From NCBI RefSeq assembly GCF_000186885.1, contig NC_014972.1:90001-122000 (forward strand): a stretch of 32,000 bases of DNA. The letters are read 5' to 3'. The notes beneath the pieces are model-generated. The model searched no databases. It was not told the DNA's origin and saw only the letters and a program-made list of their open reading frames with translations. Position numbers and translations under genes: made by a program. Each line of letters opens with the position of its first letter. The first letter of the stretch is position 1. The stretch comes from Desulfobulbus propionicus DSM 2032 (GTDB taxonomy: Bacteria > Desulfobacterota > Desulfobulbia > Desulfobulbales > Desulfobulbaceae). This document shows positions 27,307-32,000 of this stretch, in pieces.

Positions 27307-27804
27307 ATGAGAAATAATCTGCCCTGCGCCGGCGTCCTGATGGCCGCCATCGGACTCCTGATGGTAACCGTCTTGGTAGACGTGCAGGCCGACCCTCGCA
27401 CGCGGACTATCGAGCGCGCCGAGAGCTACCGCCTCCGTGCCGAGGCCGGCGACGTCGATGCGCAGACCGAATACGGTTTTCTGCTGCTGGAAGGCATTTC
27501 GGTGGATAAAGATACACGTCAGGGGCTGCAGTTGCTGAAAAAGGCGGCTCGAAGGGGTTCGACCCGGGCCGCAAAACTGCTGGAACGACTGGAGGCGACC
27601 GGGCGCTACAAAGGGGCGGGTACTCAAACGCCGGCCCAGGTCGAGACCCCGGTCCAGGATATTTTGGCAGACGATTGCTGTGATGCTCCGGGGCAGGGCG
27701 CCAGTCTGAACGACCTTCAGCGCCAGGCCGAGCAGGGACTGGTACCGCGGCCATCGGTCCGTGAACAGCGACCTTGGCGGCCGCTGGCAGACCGCAACGA
27801 GTAG
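27307..27804 (+). CDS. Exported Sel1-repeat-like protein
   Basis: N-terminal hydrophobic segment; YRLRAEAGDVDAQTEYGFLLLEGISVDKDTRQGLQLLKKAARRGSTRAAKLL matches the Sel1 pattern. Confidence 0.68.
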   Translation: MRNNLPCAGVLMAAIGLLMVTVLVDVQADPRTRTIERAESYRLRAEAGDVDAQTEYGFLLLEGISVDKDTRQGLQLLKKAARRGSTRAAKLLERLEATGRYKGAGTQTPAQVETPVQDILADDCCDAPGQGASLNDLQRQAEQGLVPRPSVREQRPWRPLADRNE

Positions 27805-27967
27805 GACAACGCTTGGAAATCCATTCTCCTACGTGTGCCGGCCAACAAAAGGAGATAGTTAGCAGGCTCTTTCAGGTATGAATGGCTTCACTTTTCTGGC
27901 TGACAAGAACAAAAACCATGTTTGAAATGCTACAGCCTCGGGGATGACCCGCGCAACGTGGCCCGGT

Positions 27968-28415
27968 ATAGGCAGCAGTACGGTCAGCGAGTATCTGCAG
28001 CGTGTCCGGATGGCCGGGCTCGCCTGACCTCTCCCGCAGGGGTTCTCCGACCGGGCCCTGAAACAGCTGCTCTTCCTGTGCCCATGCCGCGCGAAACTGC
28101 CTGCTTACTCTGATTTGCACCAGATCCACAAAGAGCTGCAATCACGGCGGGGCGTGACCCTCAACCTGCTGTTCTGAACAACTGGTTCTGCTCGCCCTGT
28201 AGCCGCTTCCTTCCGTGTCCTGCGAGCTGGCCCGCTGGAAAAAGCCCACGGTCTAGCTCGATTACCATGTAGAGGTTGAGGGCTACTACTACTCCGTGCC
28301 CTACCGGCTGGTGAAGAAACAGGTGGACATCCAGTACACCGCCACCACCGTGGAGTGCCTGTGTCGGGGCGAACGGGTGGCCCGATTCGCCCGTGGTCGC
28401 GGCTTTTGCCGGTAA
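27968..28415 (+). pseudogene. Decayed IS21-family transposase (IstA-like) relic
   Basis: Frame from 27968: IGSSTVSEYLQRVRMAGLA*PLPQGFSDRALKQLLF...YSDLHQIHKELQSRRGVTLNLLF*; further on ELARWKKPTV*LDYHVEVEGYYYSVPYRLVKKQVDIQYTATTVECLCRGERVARFAR. Confidence 0.75.
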
Positions 28416-28613
28416 ACTCAAAGGGACAAGCTGCGACAGGCAACCGTGGTGGCTCTCCAGAACAAGCTGATCGATTGCATTCTGCTCAAAGAGAGCACTC
28501 CGGCGGATTCAAAGATGCCCGCGCGTGGTCCTGGCCGCGTTGCAGAAATGGGTCAAGTACGACGGGACTGGGTTCCCGGACGTCGATACGATCAAGCGGC
28601 TGCTACTTCCCGG
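28383..28613 (+). pseudogene. Partial duplicate of the peptidoglycan-binding-like gene
   Basis: gattcgcccgtggtcgcg...ccagaacaagctgatcga...aagtacgacgggactgggttcccggacgtcgatacgatcaagcggctgctac parallels 26998-27227. Confidence 0.82.
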
Positions 28614-29040
28614 GTCTTTCCAATCTTGCTGTCGACCTCCCGAAGCGGTACCGGTCCGTTGCGCACCGACTGGACCGGAAAGGCGACAGTTTCTTGCCAC
28701 CCTTTCCCGCCACGTATAACGATCGGCGCATCTTAAAAAAATCTAGTTCATCCGGATATTACCACTCCTTCTAGCAGACTGTCGGACTTTCGGGAGCGAG
28801 GATCCGTAATGCACTGATTTTAGGTGTTTTTGTGTTTTCACCCCGCCCTAAAGCCAAACCGCAAAATAACGGAAACACGGTTAGTTGCAATACTTGACAG
28901 GCCAAAGCCCGACAGACTGCTAGCATCCATTAGCCACTCCCTGTTCTTTTGCCAAATGACAATGACCAAATAAAAAGCGCCGCAGTCCCCCATCAGCCGA
29001 GCATGTCGACCTGTTTCTGCACGGTCGCCTTGATTACACC

Positions 29041-29271
29041 AAGAAGATCAAAGTCTGCGGGCCGGGATGTGCCGCCAGCGACAAGACCATGCGGGTCGTC
29101 TAGGCGGCTCTGGCCGCCATGGGCGTTGACGTTACGGTGACCAAGGTGCAGGACTTTCAGGAATTTGTCTGATTGGGCGTTTTCACCACCTCGGCTGTGG
29201 TGATCGACGGCCAAGTCAGGTGTACTGGCCGGGTCCCGAAGCAGAGCGAAGTGGAGCGGTGGATCGGCTGA
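29041..29271 (+). pseudogene. Thioredoxin-like (redox-active disulfide/Thioredoxin_3-like) gene relic
   Basis: KKIKVCGPGCAASDKTMRVV*AALAAMGVDVTVTKVQDFQEFV*LGVFTTSAVVIDGQVRCTGRVPKQSEVERWIG*: one frame with two internal stops (TAG, TGA). Confidence 0.72.
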
Positions 29272-29308
29272 CAGAGTCTTTCAACGGGCCGGGTGTCGGG
29301 ATCGGCTG

Positions 29309-29977
29309 TCAGTGGGGGAAGAGCGTCTCGGCAGCGGCGATGACCTGGCCACTGGTAAAATCGTCCAGACCGCGGATGACCGTGTTGCAGGTTTCGTGCA
29401 TCGCCTCGAGAAAACCGACGACGCTGTCACCATGAACCGCGATCAGGGCTCTCTGCACCTGAGGACAGAGGTAGTGGAGGCAGCGGGGTGACTTGAACAG
29501 CCTAAGGGAGCAGCCGCTTTCGGTGAGGCAGTGACAAGGACCCGGCGCCGGGATCATTCCCTGGCCCAGGGCATTGTCGTGCTCACGCCTTTGCAGGCCG
29601 GTGAGCACATGGGCCAGGTGGAGCGCGTCCTGCGTCGGCTGGGAAATGAGGATATCGGCCAGGGAGAGCAGGACGTGGTGTTCCCCGGTGCAGCAGCCCA
29701 CCGGCGGCCGGTCGCACTGGTCGGCACAGAGCGTGCGGATCGTCGCCTCCTGTTCCTGGATGACGTCTAACTGGCGCACGTAGAGGGAATAGCCGATGGC
29801 CGCACGGCGGATGGTGTCCGGCAGCGTGCCGAGGTGACCGCTCAGCCGTTCGATTTGGTAACCGACCTGATCGTCTTCGAGAAAGGGGCAGGGAGCGACG
29901 GCCAGAAACTCGATGTCCGGCTGCACATGCCGGGTTGAATCCTCGGGCAGACTCTTCAGAAAGGTGTCGATGGGCAT
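29309..29977 (-). CDS. Cys-rich protein, YkgJ-type zinc/iron-chelating-like (tentative)
   Basis: VGCCTGEHHVLLSLADI ... PCHCLTESGCSLRLFKSPRCLHYLCP spacing of Cys clusters. Confidence 0.6.
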   Translation of the reverse strand: MPIDTFLKSLPEDSTRHVQPDIEFLAVAPCPFLEDDQVGYQIERLSGHLGTLPDTIRRAAIGYSLYVRQLDVIQEQEATIRTLCADQCDRPPVGCCTGEHHVLLSLADILISQPTQDALHLAHVLTGLQRREHDNALGQGMIPAPGPCHCLTESGCSLRLFKSPRCLHYLCPQVQRALIAVHGDSVVGFLEAMHETCNTVIRGLDDFTSGQVIAAAETLFPH

Positions 29978-30044
29978 GGGGCCTCCTGCGGTGTTGAGGG
30001 GCCAGTCTCCAGCGGCGGACAGAAATGTCGGAACCCTTCTTTCC

Positions 30045-30494
30045 TCAGGCGCTGAACACGGTGGCGTGCCGGGTCCAACCGGCCGGGCTGTCGGTTTCGT
30101 AGAGCCCGCGTTGGCCCCAGCCGTTTTTTTTTGCCAGCACCGTGCGGATCACCCCGGCATCACTTCGGATTTGGCCCCTGCTGGCCAGGATGACCGCGGT
30201 GTCGATGTCACTCACCAGCGGCGAGGCGACCCGGGCGGTGCTGTTCTGCCAGTCGCGGAAACGAGTCCACCCATCGGACTGTTCGAGCACTTCGATGGGA
30301 TAGCCCCCAGGCACGACCAGCATGACCCTGGCCTGCCGGCTCGGGCCGGAACGGATGCAGGTGCCGTACCTGGCGATGTTCTGGGCAGGGGCGGACTGGG
30401 CGGAGAGAAGCAGAAACTGGCCAAGGCCGGTGCGGAACAAACAGGATAGGCCGGTGGTCGTCATGATGCGCTCCTGTCGCAGAGGGGGCGGCAT
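30045..30494 (-). CDS. Exported bacterial SH3-domain-like protein
   Basis: RYGTCIRSGPSRQARVMLVVPGGYPIEVLEQSDGWTRFRDWQNSTARVASPLVS...IRSDAGVIRTVLAKKNGWGQRGLY; two SH3b-like repeats. Start probably at MTTTG; partial decay possible. Confidence 0.6.
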   Translation of the reverse strand: MPPPLRQERIMTTTGLSCLFRTGLGQFLLLSAQSAPAQNIARYGTCIRSGPSRQARVMLVVPGGYPIEVLEQSDGWTRFRDWQNSTARVASPLVSDIDTAVILASRGQIRSDAGVIRTVLAKKNGWGQRGLYETDSPAGWTRHATVFSA

Positions 30495-30991
30495 GTCGGG
30501 ATCTGGTGCGGTCGCCCAAGGTGACGAGGTTGCCCCGGCTGTGAGGTTGTTCCGCCCGGTGACAGGCCACTACCCACCTGAAGCAACTTTCGGGCCGGAA
30601 ACCGGCCTCGCTGCCGGTGGCCGGTGTCAACCTACTGTTCACAGGTCGTTTTCACTGGTTGCCAGGGAGAGGCACCACCGTGGTCGGGCCGGCAGCGGGC
30701 CGTCCACCGTCCTGCCCGGCGGGAAAATTCCTGCGCCACGCCACAGGTCGACCCGGTGCATCGGGGCGTCCTGGAGCCGGATGCGGCGGTTCTTCTTCCC
30801 TTGCCCGGGTGTGCGGCATAGGCAACCACCCCTGCCCGAAAAAAAGAAGGAGGGCTGACAGGACTCGCCTAGGTCGAGCGGAGCGGCTAAACGGCTGAAG
30901 AGAATAGCGTAAAACGATAAACGGGCCAGTTGCTATGGCAATTCATGGCCCGTTTGATGGCGGTGGGGGAGGGTTCGTCGGCGGTCGGAAC

Positions 30992-31171
30992 TCAGTCTAT
31001 GAGAATATTGTAGAGGACCACGACGGCGATGCAGACGAGGGAAGCGGCGTAGGTCAGCCAGAAGATGCCGGCGTCCGTCAGGTAGCGGCTTGGCCAAAAC
31101 CTGCTCCTATGGCGTGGACGGCCACCAAGACTCTGGTCAAAAGAATCTATCTGATTTTCCTGGGATGTCAT
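30992..31171 (-). CDS. Small single-pass membrane protein
   Basis: MTSQENQIDSFDQSLGGRPRHRSRFWPSRYLTDAGIFWLTYAASLVCIAVVVLYNILID, with AGGAG upstream of ATG on the minus strand. Confidence 0.5.
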   Translation of the reverse strand: MTSQENQIDSFDQSLGGRPRHRSRFWPSRYLTDAGIFWLTYAASLVCIAVVVLYNILID

Positions 31172-31522
31172 CATGACGTGATCTCCTGGGAAGGGCTGGA
31201 GGTGCCGAGCGAGTTTTTCCGGGTTCGCCGGGCAAGTCCTGGAGGGAGGGGCAGGCGGAAACATTCCGCCCGCCCCCTTGTTTCATTCCGAAAACGCACT
31301 CTCTCAGAGTACTCCTCAACAAGCCAGTATTGTGCCAGGCCGGAATAAAAATTTTTATCCTGTTTTTTCAAGGAGATATCGCTCAGCCTGCGCTGCCTTG
31401 GACCGGATAAACTGTCTAAATGCGAGAGGTTCCCGTTCGCCAATGGTGAAAGCTCTCAATTTGAGACGAAAGAACCGCGAATCATTGCGGCGCGGCTGTT
31501 GTTCAACATGCCCCGGCAGCTG

Positions 31523-32000
31523 TCAGGTGGCCTGGGGACAATTCGCCCGCACCTGGTCGCGGCCACTCTGCTTGGCCAGGTAGAGCAGCCGGTCGGCCTG
31601 CTCGACCAGTTCTTCCGGAGTAGCCGGTCGGCCGGTGCAATAGGACTCCGCGCCGATGCTGACCGTGTTCATGTGGCTGATCGCTCCCTGCCGGACTTGG
31701 TGAGTCCGGCACTCTACAAGGATGCGCTCGGCGAGGACGCAGGACTCGCGCAGGTCGGTTCGCGGCAGGAGCACCACGAATTCCTCGCCACCGTAACGGA
31801 AGGCTAGGTCACAATCACGGATCGTCTGTTGGAGCCGGACGGCGAACGCCCGCAGCACCAGATCGCCGAAGGCATGGCCATACGTATCGTTGACCTGCTT
31901 GAAGTGGTCAAGGTCGAGCAGCAGCAGGGAAAAATCGGTGCCGTAGCGCTTGCTTTGCCGGAACTCGTGTTCAAGGGCATGCTGGAATGGCCGCCGGTTG
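31523..32000 (-). CDS. Diguanylate cyclase (GGDEF domain), 5' end beyond window
   Basis: Reverse frame is open to the edge: NRRPFQHALEHEFRQSKRYGTDFSLLLLDLDHFKQVNDTYGHAFGDLVLRAFAVRLQQTIRDCDLAFRYGGEEFVVLLPRTD. Confidence 0.92.
   Translation of the reverse strand, partial: NRRPFQHALEHEFRQSKRYGTDFSLLLLDLDHFKQVNDTYGHAFGDLVLRAFAVRLQQTIRDCDLAFRYGGEEFVVLLPRTDLRESCVLAERILVECRTHQVRQGAISHMNTVSIGAESYCTGRPATPEELVEQADRLLYLAKQSGRDQVRANCPQAT

Noticed and set aside
29041-29271. Possible selenocysteine or pyrrolysine recoding of in-frame TGA and TAG in the thioredoxin-like frame
   Set aside because: Neither stop falls at the redox CxxC position, and the usual second Cys is already lost (GCAASD); pseudogene decay is simpler.
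8551-32000. CRISPR array or rRNA operon
   Set aside because: No regularly spaced identical direct repeats with unique spacers and no rRNA-like stretches seen.

Overview
The window divides into a housekeeping left part, a tRNA-linked integrated element, and an accessory right part. Left (1-8550, high GC, probably deltaproteobacterial/Desulfobacterota-like by gene content, which is inference): the 3' end of a phenylacetate-CoA ligase, an FKBP-type PPIase, a small Lys/Cys-rich protein, a BadF-type ATPase with a Cys-rich partner, LptG-like permease, DHH phosphoesterase, two tandem GlgC-type nucleotidyltransferases and tRNA-Arg(CCT). Middle (8551-~14468): an integrase gene beside the tRNA, then a minus-strand mobilization operon with an HD-domain (MobH/TraI_2-like) relaxase candidate, a TraD-like coupling protein and a NusA-S1-like protein. 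No mating-pore genes are visible. A response regulator with an HD-like output domain follows. Right (16951-27804, all + strand), the most interesting part: a probable secreted, curli/Hfa-like fibre or adhesin locus. It has a SAM methyltransferase, two paralogous ~600-aa secreted proteins each built of 15 Q/N-patterned ~34-44 aa repeats, two small paralogous membrane proteins, a small HfaA-like secreted protein, a CsgG/HfaB-like lipoprotein, a third shorter repeat protein, and accessory secreted proteins. The two large repeat genes sit on a ~2.63 kb tandem duplication that also carries the 3' end of the methyltransferase; the upstream copy has a -1 frameshift. Further right (27.9-29.3 kb) is a gene graveyard: an IS21-like transposase relic, a partial duplicate of the peptidoglycan-binding-domain gene and a dead thioredoxin-like gene. 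The window ends with a GGDEF-domain gene running off the edge. No CRISPR array or rRNA was seen.
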